Of a DNA stretch of 64,000 nucleotides, positions 54,520 to 63,911 are shown one piece after another; the first letter of the stretch is position 1, and each line of letters opens with the position of its first letter. The notes under the pieces were generated by a model. It was not told the DNA's origin and searched no databases. It saw nothing but the letters and a program-made list of their open reading frames with translations. Origin of the DNA: a virus (lineage: Duplodnaviria; Caudoviricetes); IMG/VR virus record IMGVR_UViG_3300050146_000027, positions 1 to 64,000 of that record. The stretch is one strand, 5' to 3'. The position numbers were made by a program, and so were the translations under genes.

Positions 54520-56676
54520 TCAACGTGCGGTGAATCGTTTAGCCACAGTTACCATGATCGTGCTGTCCAATTCATCTTTGTCCAGCGGAGCATTGAGCTT
54601 GCTGTTGAACGCATGTACCTGATGGGTGACCTCAATCAAATTCATACCGTTGTCCACCAGGGCCAGTGCGTATTTCAGCATCTGGTTGTTGCGATTGCCA
54701 CTGGCAATGCGAGAGGCAAACCAACGCTCCAAGTTGTCCAGTGATTGGACTTGTTGGAAGTTTTTGGCGTACTCAGCGTTCTTGCTGGTTTTGGGAATGA
54801 ATGGCAGTGCATCCAAGGTCATGCCTTCAAGATTGAAGTGGATCTCTCCATCAGCAAATGACTCCCACTTGCGTGAGCGTTGATTTGCAGATTCGTCAAC
54901 CTTGAATGGCAGCCAGCCCACCACGTTTGTCATGAACTCCTTGTACTCATCCACATCGAGTGCAAGCTCGTAGTTGATGGGAAGCACCAGTCGGAAGCGG
55001 TCACCGTAACCTTCGGTCTGGTGACGCTTCGTCGTGTAGATCATGTACTTGTAGTCCTTGAGCAGTTCACGCGCGAAATCCAAGTTGTGGCCTTCATCGA
55101 CATCGATCACGACAAGGTTGAAACCAACCAAGACGTTTTCTTCTGCACGATGGCCGGCTTTGAAATGGTGGTTGGCCCAGTGCATGCCTTCAGCTTGAGC
55201 GACCACACCCAGCTGATCGAAGGGAACCTTCTCGCCCAGGTAGCTGTAAGCCCAGTGATCGCTGTAGCTGATGAACATCTCATTGAGATCAGTCTCTTTG
55301 AGCTTTTCGCCACGGAAGAACTCGATGCCATCGACAAACGTCTTCTTGATGATGATGTGCTTCTTGTAGCCCCAGGCCGTAGCCAGGGTCATCATCTCGT
55401 TGCGTGCTGCATTGCCGCTCTTGTAGAACGGCAAGGCTTCCAGCAAGTCAGCGTGAGTGACTTCTTCGTCGATGCTGGCAATATACTTAGCCAGCTTCAC
55501 GTAGGTCTTCTCACGATTCAAAATGGATTGGAAAGCAGCACCGCTCTCCTCCACCAGCAGGATGGCCTGCATCAGGTGTTCCATTTCGATCTCGCTGGAT
55601 CGATCCACGAATGCGTAGGCACCGGCCAGCTTCAAGGCTTTGAAGTAGCGATGCGAGATCTCGGCCTTGCGGATTTCTTCGTGATCAGCCATCAGATCAG
55701 CTGCCTTTTCGCAGGCGATCTTGTACTCCAGCAGACGAATGCCCACGGGCTCATCAACCGTCATCTTCCAGCCGAAGCGGGCAGGGTCAGCCAGATCATG
55801 GAAGTGCATGGACCACTTGTCCACCACACTGCTGTTGCCAGTCGAGATCAACTTTTGATAGATCTCGGTTGGTGTCATTGTGTTGAAAGCCTTGCGGTCG
55901 TGCTGCCCAATTCCAAACAGACAACGACGTGCATAGCCGGTGTCGAGGAATGAGTAGAACTGGTCCTCGGTTTGGCCACCATCCAGCAACTTGCTTGGAG
56001 TACCGAACAGCAGCATGTTGGTTGGTGTCTTGCCGTCGATCTCCTCGCCACGAGTGTTTTCAGCTGTGTTCTTGGTGAGCTTTTGCTTTACCAAACCTTG
56101 GTCGTACAGCTCCAGGAACAAGGTCAACATGTCGGTTGCCTCGATCAGGTTAGAACCGATTTCGTCGATCTGCAGATTGATGGATCCGCAGTTGGCCAGA
56201 CGCAGCTTGTGGATCAACTGCTTGACGGCAGGTGTGGTACCGCTGTCGAACGTGAAAGGGAATGCACCAGCACGCTTGAACTCGGAGCTGACGCCGTCGA
56301 ATTCCTCTTGAGCATCGGTACCTTGACGGGCAGCACGGTCATTGGCGATCTCCCACAGATGCTTTTCAGCAACCACAGGCATGGTGTCTTCCATGAAACG
56401 CTTTTTGAAGCCTTTGATGAACTCGTTCTCCATGATGTTCACGGAGTGGCCTTTGCCAAAGCCTGAAGTAGCTAAAGCAAGTGCGTAGATGTTCACAGGG
56501 ACTTCGCCACGATCCTTGGTCACAATGGTTGCTCGTTGTGAGCTGGCCAACTTGCCCAGGAAGTAGCAAACTTCAACACGGAAGAATCCACGATCGGTGT
56601 TGGTGGTCTTGTTGCACAAGACATCGACAATCTCAGAGACTGCCGAATGATGGGTGACGCCAGCGAGGTCAATCAA
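54520..56676 (-). CDS. DNA primase (N4 gp43-like; TTG start)
   Basis: ALALATSGFGKG, FDSGTTPAVKQ, YTTKRH...RFRL, GNRNNQMLKYAL (primase C-terminal). Confidence 0.85.
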   Translation of the reverse strand: MIDLAGVTHHSAVSEIVDVLCNKTTNTDRGFFRVEVCYFLGKLASSQRATIVTKDRGEVPVNIYALALATSGFGKGHSVNIMENEFIKGFKKRFMEDTMPVVAEKHLWEIANDRAARQGTDAQEEFDGVSSEFKRAGAFPFTFDSGTTPAVKQLIHKLRLANCGSINLQIDEIGSNLIEATDMLTLFLELYDQGLVKQKLTKNTAENTRGEEIDGKTPTNMLLFGTPSKLLDGGQTEDQFYSFLDTGYARRCLFGIGQHDRKAFNTMTPTEIYQKLISTGNSSVVDKWSMHFHDLADPARFGWKMTVDEPVGIRLLEYKIACEKAADLMADHEEIRKAEISHRYFKALKLAGAYAFVDRSSEIEMEHLMQAILLVEESGAAFQSILNREKTYVKLAKYIASIDEEVTHADLLEALPFYKSGNAARNEMMTLATAWGYKKHIIIKKTFVDGIEFFRGEKLKETDLNEMFISYSDHWAYSYLGEKVPFDQLGVVAQAEGMHWANHHFKAGHRAEENVLVGFNLVVIDVDEGHNLDFARELLKDYKYMIYTTKRHQTEGYGDRFRLVLPINYELALDVDEYKEFMTNVVGWLPFKVDESANQRSRKWESFADGEIHFNLEGMTLDALPFIPKTSKNAEYAKNFQQVQSLDNLERWFASRIASGNRNNQMLKYALALVDNGMNLIEVTHQVHAFNSKLNAPLDKDELDSTIMVTVAKRFTAR

Positions 56677-57685
56677 AATACTTCTCCTTTTGGCTACAGA
56701 TGGGGAATGCTTCGCAATAGCCACAGCGTTTGGGCTCCCCGGGTTTGGTAATCAGAACGCCCTTGCCTGCTTTGGACGCCAAAAAAGATTTGGCATCTGC
56801 GGCATTGTCAAAGTTTTTCGTTGACCGGCCAGTTGTCTTGGCCGGGTCTGAGTAGTATTTGTACACAGGATCTGAGATCCACAGTTCTTCATCAGTGCAG
56901 TGAGGAACGTCAACTTCATCTGCTTCAGCGTATTTCAAGAAAGCAGCCAGCTTGGCTTTGATCCAGGCGTCAGTCTCTTCAATGGACATCAAAGGTACGT
57001 CTTTGAATGTGCAGCGGCTTTGCGGGTAATTTGAATTGGCCTTGGCCATCATCTTTGACCAGTCGGTGAAGATGAAGTTGATGCGGATGAAGTCCTCAGT
57101 GATGCGATCAACACCCAGAGGCTGAGTGCATTCAGCATCTTCAAAGCCGTTGGTGTTGAGCCATCGATAGATGCTGCCTTGCAGCTTGTAGTCATCATCC
57201 TTGGTTCCAAACAACCAAGTCATCGCAGTCGTGGACTTGTTGTCATGCACGATGCCTTCAGCCACCATGTCGAATTTGCCGCCAATGGTGAATTCAATTC
57301 CATCCACAGTGACTTTCTTGAAGGCACGCTGTTCCAGATAAACAGGAATGGTATTCGGCTTCAAGTCACTTACAGCCGGGTTGACCAGCACACGATCAAT
57401 GACTGCTTGGGGATAGCCCAGCTTTTTGAGATTCTTGTTCTTGGCATTGACCCATGATTTTTCAATGGAGTCGTGCAAAGAGTGGCCCATGGCACGAGAC
57501 ACAAAGTCCGCAAGATCCATTTCACGTTCAGCTGAGGGCACACGATCAGGCAGAACCAAGTGACGAATTGGCTTCATCAACTTGGTGGCTGAAACGTAGT
57601 TGTCTGCCTTGACATAGTCGTACTCGTCATGTACCAGCCACACAGCCAGTGCGAGAGGGATGTTGCTGTTGTTCGTGATGTTCAT
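56669..57685 (-). CDS. PD-(D/E)XK nuclease (N4 gp42-like)
   Basis: LAVWL..D.YD, SATKLMKP, YLEQR..GKFD.V.EG.V.D.KST, RCGYC.AF..C. Confidence 0.85.
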   Translation of the reverse strand: MNITNNSNIPLALAVWLVHDEYDYVKADNYVSATKLMKPIRHLVLPDRVPSAEREMDLADFVSRAMGHSLHDSIEKSWVNAKNKNLKKLGYPQAVIDRVLVNPAVSDLKPNTIPVYLEQRAFKKVTVDGIEFTIGGKFDMVAEGIVHDNKSTTAMTWLFGTKDDDYKLQGSIYRWLNTNGFEDAECTQPLGVDRITEDFIRINFIFTDWSKMMAKANSNYPQSRCTFKDVPLMSIEETDAWIKAKLAAFLKYAEADEVDVPHCTDEELWISDPVYKYYSDPAKTTGRSTKNFDNAADAKSFLASKAGKGVLITKPGEPKRCGYCEAFPICSQKEKYFD

Positions 57686-57702
57686 GGAACACTCCATATT
57701 AA

Positions 57703-57739
57703 ATTGAAAGACCGCAGCCCAGAGAAAGAGCTGCGGTCT
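57703..57739 (-). terminator. terminator-like hairpin
   Basis: - strand AGACCGCAGC(TC)...(GG)GCTGCGGTCT then TTCAATTT. Confidence 0.6.
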
Positions 57740-57744
57740 GGGGG

Positions 57745-58056
57745 TCACGCTTCGCGTTCAGCTTTGCGCAGAATTCGGCCCGAGTAGTGGACCATCTTTT
57801 GCGCAGCACGCAATGGGGTGTTGCCCATTTTGCCAGTGCCTTGGCGGGCATTGGCAGTACGCCAGATCTCCTTGAAGATATTCGCTTCATCAGGGCTGAG
57901 GGCGAGAGCATCCATGATGTCTTCGCACTCGGCCTGATAAGGAATTTGCTCTTCACGTTGGGGGTGATCTACCTTCACAAGGTAGTAGTTCACACGGCCC
58001 CCGGAGATTTCGCCTTCAATCGCCTTTGGGGACGGCTGCAACGATGGAGTCGACAT
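57745..58056 (-). CDS. conserved N4-like hypothetical protein
   Basis: SGG.VNYY.V.V..P....PY.AEC.DI..AL.....E.NIFK..WR. Confidence 0.7.
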   Translation of the reverse strand: MSTPSLQPSPKAIEGEISGGRVNYYLVKVDHPQREEQIPYQAECEDIMDALALSPDEANIFKEIWRTANARQGTGKMGNTPLRAAQKMVHYSGRILRKAEREA

Positions 58057-58429
58057 CAGGAGCCTTGTCTGCTTGTGCGTGCTCGCCGTTGGCAGCACCC
58101 AGAGCACTGTCCAGTTCGGTGGCCACTTGTTGCACAGACATGCCAGCAGGCGGTTGCTTGAACTCGGCTTCGGTGAACTGACCCAAGTAGGTAAAGCTCA
58201 TCAGAACCACGTCCACGACTTGGACTTCATTGGCACTGATGCCAGTGCTCTTGAAGAAGTTCAGCTGCAGGATCTGCTGGGCCTTGCTCAGCGAACGAGC
58301 AGGCAGGTCAGTCGTGTCCGTGATCAAGACGCCGTTCAAGGGCACGCTGCCGGGCTGTTCAGTCTCCTTGTTCAGGAAGACGACATTGCCTGCGATCAGG
58401 AAGTGGTGTTTCTTTTCGGTTGCGTCCAT
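58016..58429 (-). CDS. conserved N4-like hypothetical protein
   Basis: HHFLIAG.V...VVDVV......LG.F...EF; synteny after the polymerase. Confidence 0.65.
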   Translation of the reverse strand: MDATEKKHHFLIAGNVVFLNKETEQPGSVPLNGVLITDTTDLPARSLSKAQQILQLNFFKSTGISANEVQVVDVVLMSFTYLGQFTEAEFKQPPAGMSVQQVATELDSALGAANGEHAQADKAPDVDSIVAAVPKGD

Positions 58430-58450
58430 GTTGGACTCCTTGTTTTGGGC

Positions 58451-59185
58451 TTAGCCCATTGCTTTGATGACACATCGTCGGATTTGTTCTTCAGATGCAT
58501 CGATTGGGATCCCGATCTCTTCACACCATGTTGGCCAGAAAATGGAGAGCTCGCCTCCAAGTTTGACTTCATCGTGCTGGATGTCGGGATGGTCCTGCCA
58601 CTGCACAGCCTTCACGAGGTGCTCATTGGTGTACATGACTGCATTGATGTCATCGCGGACAAGCATGTACTGGGCATCGTGGATGTGGGCACATGGCCGG
58701 ATGTCGAGGCGGTGTCCTGACTTGCGGACACCACCCATGAATTCTGCACTGGCTCGGCTGTTCAGTAAACACCAAGATTGGCCAAGAGCATTGCCGGCCG
58801 TTCGACCTTCTGCCTCAGCTTCATAGGGTGTTTTGCTGTTGCCTCTGATCACTTGCTTGAGCAAGGGTGTGCGAAGACGCAGACCAAATGCTGCAGTGAT
58901 GTAGCCATCTTTCGAGGCCTGATCAAGCTTGGCCTGTACCCAGGCATCACTAATCTTGTAGAGCTCGTGATACCTGGCTTCCACCATCAATGCCTTCTCT
59001 TTGGAGAAGCCGCAATTCTTGATCAGAGTGATGTAGGTTCCCTGGTAGGTCAGTGCAAAAGTGGGTGCTTTGCTGTCCTGACGTTGTGGCTTGTAGAGGT
59101 CCTGGATCGAGTTGATCTCAGCGACGTTAAAGTCTCGCAATGGAACCTCCTCTATCTTGGCTCCAGGCTTGAGTTGAATTTGCAT
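58451..59185 (-). CDS. DNA polymerase (family A), C-terminal part carrying motifs B and C
   Basis: RQDSKAPTFALTYQG (motif B), RTAGNALGQS, HIHDAQY (motif C); GGAG RBS before ATG 59185. Confidence 0.9.
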   Translation of the reverse strand: MQIQLKPGAKIEEVPLRDFNVAEINSIQDLYKPQRQDSKAPTFALTYQGTYITLIKNCGFSKEKALMVEARYHELYKISDAWVQAKLDQASKDGYITAAFGLRLRTPLLKQVIRGNSKTPYEAEAEGRTAGNALGQSWCLLNSRASAEFMGGVRKSGHRLDIRPCAHIHDAQYMLVRDDINAVMYTNEHLVKAVQWQDHPDIQHDEVKLGGELSIFWPTWCEEIGIPIDASEEQIRRCVIKAMG

Positions 59186-59197
59186 GATTGCTCCGAT

Positions 59198-59227
59198 AAA
59201 AAAGCCGCCCACATTTCTGTAGGCGGC
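59198..59227 (-). terminator. intrinsic-terminator-like hairpin between the two polymerase halves
   Basis: - strand GCCGCCTAC-AGAAAT-GTGGGCGGC-TTTTTT. Confidence 0.75.
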
Positions 59228-59233
59228 CCCCCA

Positions 59234-61384
59234 TCATGAAGTGAAATGGTCTTCCACGTTCATGACAGTACCATCTGGCAGGGCGACAGTATCCCCTTCC
59301 ACCAGATAGATCACTTCGTCACCTTGGGTGACACGAAAAGCTTTCACACTTTCCACTTGTCGGATCAAAGGCATCTCTGAACCAAAGTAGGCATAAGCAC
59401 GCAGGCTGTGGCCGTCGTAGCCGTCGGTGTAAACCTTCAGCTTGTTCGGGTCCTTTGTTGTCAAGGCACTGATGCGGTCTTCGAGAGATGCGAAGTCCAA
59501 ACCACAAAACAACCATCCAGGTGGTGCTTGGAAGCAGCTCTTGATGAGCTTGCCCAAATGGAGCTTGCCTTTCTTGATGAACTTGCCAGCTCCCATGGAT
59601 TCCAGCAACACCAGCACAGCAGCCACCAGCGCAACCTCCACGTTGGCAGGGAGGTTCTGCAGGTTTGGTTCACTGGAACTGAGTCGACCAGACAGAGTCC
59701 CACCAAGGTTGAAGTTGCCGAACAAGTAGTGCCAGCCGTCAGGTCCGAGAGCAGCATTTTTCATCGCTGGGATGAATGATGTGAGGATCTTGTTCACTGC
59801 ACCGTAGTCCAGCATGGCTGCAAGGAACTCTTTCACCTCGGGAGTCTTGGCGTGGTTGACCAAGGCTTCTAAAGTGTCACGATCAACTGAAGGTTGTTTG
59901 CTGGCTGTCAACCCAATGACAGGCATTCCCAGAATTTCAAACAAGATCTCTTGCAGTTGCGGGCCTGAGTTGGGATTGAAAGTGATTTCAGTGCGAATGG
60001 CCTCAGAGGTTTGGCTTGCAGCTAACATCTCTTGAACAGTCATTCGCTTTTTCTTCCACTCCTTGTTTTTTTCCTCAGTGAATCGTTCGAGTCGGGTGTA
60101 CTCGTACTCCTGAATCAGCTTGCATTGATGGATCGTATTCAGAGCATGGTCGTAGACCACGGTCAGAATGCTCTCTACTTTGAGAACCTGGTCCATGCTG
60201 AGTGGCAGGCCAGTCAACTGCATCTGGATGATGTCAGTCGTCGCTGGCTTGAACAGACTTTGGTACACGTTCAGCTGCTGATCGTTGACCATCGTTTGGT
60301 AGTGTTTTTCATGCACATACCATGTGGAGAGGGCATCGACCAAGTTGTACCGCAAGAGCTTTGGCAAAGGTATCTTTGTGATGTCCTTGATGTCATCGTC
60401 GTTCATCGCGTAGTTGCCAGAATACTCTTGAGACTGGTCTTTGAGACCGAGCTTGTTACCAGCGCAGCTGTTGGTGGCCAAGTAGGTGATCAGCTTGGTG
60501 TCGTCCCAGCATCGCAGCATCACGTCGATACCTTCGAGCAAGCCTTCTGTGTCCAATAGATCTTTCATGTAGAGCTGATAGATCAACACGTACACGTCGA
60601 AGCTGATGTTGTGCCAGATCATTTGCTTGAGGTAGCGATTGAAAAAGTCTTTCAGCAGTGCACGCACAGGCCCGTTACGGGCGTTGCGCCCATACGGTGC
60701 TTCGGTAGCATCTTCGATCGGCTCGTAGTCTACCGCAAAGGCAATGCCCTCGTGCTTGTTCCAGGCCAGTGCAATGCTGCCAATGCCGGCCTTGTGGTGC
60801 TTTAGATCGAAGGCTTCAATGTCGGCTGTGAAATCCACATTCATAGCCAGCAGCTTCTCCAAAGCAGCAGCGATCTCAGTTGGTCCGGATGGGTACTCTT
60901 CGTACTTGATGATGTCTGTGCCTGGTGCTTGGTAGCTGCCGGCAACGTGATCAAGCAGAGCGTTTATGCCCTGCTTGATCTTTGCACGAACCTTTTCAGG
61001 ATCGTAGAACACAGCCCGGTAGCTTGGAACGTAGACCACCTTCCAAGGACCAAACACGCAGTCCATCATGTAGCCAAGATTTGCCTCAGTCTTGGCAGAC
61101 TTTGTCAGTACCTTGAAGTAGTCGCTGTCGGCAACGATCAGGTACTTGGCCTGGCTGTCCTGGAGCACAGGCACCAACTCGCTTTTGATGAATTGCTTCA
61201 TCTCTTCGGCTGGCGTCTTCTTTTTGGTCTGAGAGTAGTGCAGATCGCAGATCAGCACATCATCTTCTGGGATACCAAAAGGAGTGAGGTATTCCTTTTG
61301 GATCTCATCCTTACGGATGGTGGGGACCAGAAACACCAGTGGGTAGGTGACCAGATCTTGTTGTGAGTAGAACAGCTGTCTCAT
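59234..61384 (-). CDS. DNA polymerase (family A), N-terminal part: 3'-5' exonuclease and motif A
   Basis: FTADIEAF (ExoI), WHNISFDV (ExoII), YNLVDALST (ExoIII), GRLSSSEPNLQN, GLDFASLEDR (motif A). Confidence 0.92.
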   Translation of the reverse strand: MRQLFYSQQDLVTYPLVFLVPTIRKDEIQKEYLTPFGIPEDDVLICDLHYSQTKKKTPAEEMKQFIKSELVPVLQDSQAKYLIVADSDYFKVLTKSAKTEANLGYMMDCVFGPWKVVYVPSYRAVFYDPEKVRAKIKQGINALLDHVAGSYQAPGTDIIKYEEYPSGPTEIAAALEKLLAMNVDFTADIEAFDLKHHKAGIGSIALAWNKHEGIAFAVDYEPIEDATEAPYGRNARNGPVRALLKDFFNRYLKQMIWHNISFDVYVLIYQLYMKDLLDTEGLLEGIDVMLRCWDDTKLITYLATNSCAGNKLGLKDQSQEYSGNYAMNDDDIKDITKIPLPKLLRYNLVDALSTWYVHEKHYQTMVNDQQLNVYQSLFKPATTDIIQMQLTGLPLSMDQVLKVESILTVVYDHALNTIHQCKLIQEYEYTRLERFTEEKNKEWKKKRMTVQEMLAASQTSEAIRTEITFNPNSGPQLQEILFEILGMPVIGLTASKQPSVDRDTLEALVNHAKTPEVKEFLAAMLDYGAVNKILTSFIPAMKNAALGPDGWHYLFGNFNLGGTLSGRLSSSEPNLQNLPANVEVALVAAVLVLLESMGAGKFIKKGKLHLGKLIKSCFQAPPGWLFCGLDFASLEDRISALTTKDPNKLKVYTDGYDGHSLRAYAYFGSEMPLIRQVESVKAFRVTQGDEVIYLVEGDTVALPDGTVMNVEDHFTS

Positions 61385-61392
61385 TGTTGCTC

Positions 61393-61905
61393 CTAGCAGA
61401 CCAGTGCTGCAACCGAATAGGCTTGAATCAAAGGCAAAGCTTTTTCGTATGCACGCACAGCATACGGATCGCTTCTGATGAAGACAGTGTTGTCTTCTTT
61501 GGTTCTCGACAGGTGGGAGATCTGCGGGATCAAATGGATCAAGCACTCCGGCAAAGAATCCCTGATGTCCTGCACACTAGTGCAGTTGATGAGCAAAGGG
61601 GCAAGGGCTTGCTTGATGCGTGCTTTGTCATTCTCTATCTGAGCCATGTCAGCGTCGAACTGAGTTAGTTTGTCCTGCAGATGAAAACCTAGAGTGGGAA
61701 CAGGGTAATTGCTCAAAACCTTATTCTGAGATTCGTAATTTGGATCTATGTACTTCTTGCCGTGGTGCATAAACCCAAAATGCTGTATGCCAATGCGCTG
61801 GCTGTTTTCTTTATTGAGCTGACTGACAACCCTCCCAAGCCTTTTGGTGTCAGGCTGGAAAAGGTTGGCAATGATCATGTCAACCCATTCGTGTGCATTC
61901 TGCAT
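61393..61905 (-). CDS. N4 gp38-like hypothetical protein
   Basis: QDIRDSLPECL motif; synteny between helicase and polymerase. Confidence 0.7.
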   Translation of the reverse strand: MQNAHEWVDMIIANLFQPDTKRLGRVVSQLNKENSQRIGIQHFGFMHHGKKYIDPNYESQNKVLSNYPVPTLGFHLQDKLTQFDADMAQIENDKARIKQALAPLLINCTSVQDIRDSLPECLIHLIPQISHLSRTKEDNTVFIRSDPYAVRAYEKALPLIQAYSVAALVC

Positions 61906-61918
61906 GTCGATGACCTTA

Positions 61919-63217
61919 TTATTTGACCAAACCCCCGTATTTTGAGGCAAGGTCTCCGTAGAGGAAAATCCCGTGGCGAGCCCGGCTGAACGCGACGTAA
62001 AGCATACGGGCCGCTTGGTTGGGGTTGTGGCAGGTGGAGATGTCACCGAGATCGACGAAGACGTAGTCATGACTACTCCCTTGAGACTTGTGCACTGTTG
62101 CCGAATCCCTGGGGCGGAGATCAGGGTAGTTGTTCTTCAACTTGTAGTACATCGGCCAGCGCTTTTGCTGTTGGTAATGCTTGACCAGTTGATTGAAGTG
62201 GGCCTTGTCTTCAGGCAGCATCACGTCGTCATACGAGCCGTGATAGTCAGTCGTCAGTGTGGCTCGCCGGCACTCCAAGAAAACACCATCTTCAATCTCA
62301 ACCATCTCGGTCAAAAGCGACAGGTTGGTGATGGTGACTTCTTCTTCAACAGAAAGCATGCAGGTCTTCAAGGTGACTGCTGAGTTGTTGATCAGTCGTT
62401 CACCTTCGATATAGGTCGAGTTGATCTGGCGAATGGCACGAACATGATTGTTGTAGTCCGTGACCCGGCGATTGGTATAGGCCAGGATGCGAGCATCTGC
62501 TTTGCCGTCAAGAAACACCTCATCGATCTTGGCTTCCATCTGAGCACTGTCAAGATGTTCGATGACACCTGGCACCAGTTGGATTGGGTAGAACTCACCG
62601 GTCTCAACTGTGTCTCGCATTTGCAAGTTGAGGTTTTGCAGATGAGGACAACCAGTTCGCATCGGTTCTGTCAGCTCAAAAAACGGCAGGTTCTGGTTGT
62701 AGACTGGACTGATGGGTTCATGCACTGGTGCCAATTGGCAATGGTCACCAACGTAGACGATCTTGCACTTGCTGGTCCCTTCACGCATGAAGGCCAACAA
62801 CTGACGATCAATCATGGAGCACTCGTCCACAAAAATGATCGTGTTCTGGTGCACAACCCAACTGTTGGACTTGGTGATTTGGCTGCGGCCTGTGCTGTAA
62901 TCGTCTTTCACTTTGAGATTGAAAAACGAATGAGCAGTTTCTGCTGGCCGGCCAGTGGAATGGCTCAGCACATCAACAGCCTTGTTGGTTGTGGCTGTCA
63001 TCTGGACATTGTTGTATTCCGGGTGAAGGCCCATCAACTGACAGGTCTGCTCGTAGCGGGGCATGATGTCGTCGATCAGATAGCCCATGAGGAACGTCTT
63101 GCCAACACCGCCTGGACCGGAAATGATCAGCTCACGGGCATCGCTGAACAGAAATTGAAAGAAGCCATCAGCGGCTGCTTGTTGACCCTTGTTCAGAGTC
63201 TTGGTTTCTTGAGTCAT
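61919..63217 (-). CDS. SF1 DNA helicase (Dda/RecD-like, N4 gp37-like)
   Basis: GPGGVGKT, FVDECSMI, VGDHCQLAP, TVHKSQGS, LYVAFSRAR. Confidence 0.93.
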   Translation of the reverse strand: MTQETKTLNKGQQAAADGFFQFLFSDARELIISGPGGVGKTFLMGYLIDDIMPRYEQTCQLMGLHPEYNNVQMTATTNKAVDVLSHSTGRPAETAHSFFNLKVKDDYSTGRSQITKSNSWVVHQNTIIFVDECSMIDRQLLAFMREGTSKCKIVYVGDHCQLAPVHEPISPVYNQNLPFFELTEPMRTGCPHLQNLNLQMRDTVETGEFYPIQLVPGVIEHLDSAQMEAKIDEVFLDGKADARILAYTNRRVTDYNNHVRAIRQINSTYIEGERLINNSAVTLKTCMLSVEEEVTITNLSLLTEMVEIEDGVFLECRRATLTTDYHGSYDDVMLPEDKAHFNQLVKHYQQQKRWPMYYKLKNNYPDLRPRDSATVHKSQGSSHDYVFVDLGDISTCHNPNQAARMLYVAFSRARHGIFLYGDLASKYGGLVK

Positions 63218-63234
63218 GTTGTGTCTTTCTTGGT

Positions 63235-63459
63235 TCAGATGAAATACGCAATTGCGTTGAACACCTGTTGGCCTGTTGGGGTAAGTCGAACGTAGCTGTA
63301 GTGCGGTCTTTCACGCACTTCAACCAGTTCTTGGGGGAGCTTGCGAACCAAAGAAAGAACAGGCCTGCTGGTTAGTGTCCAGCCGCTTTCATTCTTGTCT
63401 TTGTCAATGAGTTGGATCAGGTGGATCTCGCCTGAGTCAAGTTTGCGTGGAGTTGTCAT
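63235..63459 (-). CDS. hypothetical protein
   Basis: Operon packing. Confidence 0.55.
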   Translation of the reverse strand: MTTPRKLDSGEIHLIQLIDKDKNESGWTLTSRPVLSLVRKLPQELVEVRERPHYSYVRLTPTGQQVFNAIAYFI

Positions 63460-63461
63460 GA

Positions 63462-63911
63462 TTAGCCTTCGAAAAAATGATCATCTGGGTTGTTGAGCCA
63501 ACTGATGGCCATCGGAATCAGGTAACTCAAGTTGTACATCTTGGGCATTTGCCCCAAGTTCAATGTGAGATCATTCCAAACGTCAACGATCACAACTTCT
63601 TCGCTTTCCATTGTTTGGCAGGAGTTGATCAAAGAATCCGACACTTGGGCGCACATGAAGTACACCTTGTTGTTGGTGTCCCGGTAGTAGCGTTCAGTGT
63701 GAAAGTTGGTCCAATCCAGGGGATTGATATCTACTCCAGCTTCTTCAAAAAATTCTCGACTCATGGCTCCACGAGGACTCTCACCAATTTCAATTTTTCC
63801 TCCGATGCCGTTGAACTTGCCTGCCATTTGACGTGGCCCACGATTTTTACGAATCAACACGACACGATTCAAATCAGGGCTGAAAAGAAATCCACAAACG
63901 TATGTAGTCAT
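63462..63911 (-). CDS. Nudix hydrolase
   Basis: Nudix box GGKIEIGESPRGAMSREFFEEAG (GX5EX7REUXEEXG). Confidence 0.9.
   Translation of the reverse strand: MTTYVCGFLFSPDLNRVVLIRKNRGPRQMAGKFNGIGGKIEIGESPRGAMSREFFEEAGVDINPLDWTNFHTERYYRDTNNKVYFMCAQVSDSLINSCQTMESEEVVIVDVWNDLTLNLGQMPKMYNLSYLIPMAISWLNNPDDHFFEG

Noticed and set aside
19586-56466. Long antisense ORFs (e.g. 19586-20404, 21779-22798, 29065-30114, 32533-33495, 42703-44157, 54880-55953)
   Set aside because: Shadows of strongly codon-biased genes on the other strand, with no motifs or RBS.
59213-59236. Selenocysteine insertion (UGA plus SECIS) in the polymerase
   Set aside because: The hairpin is followed by U6 and an RBS like a terminator, no Cys-equivalent catalytic position is expected here, and no Sec machinery is in the window. 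Generic readthrough remains an option in the finding.
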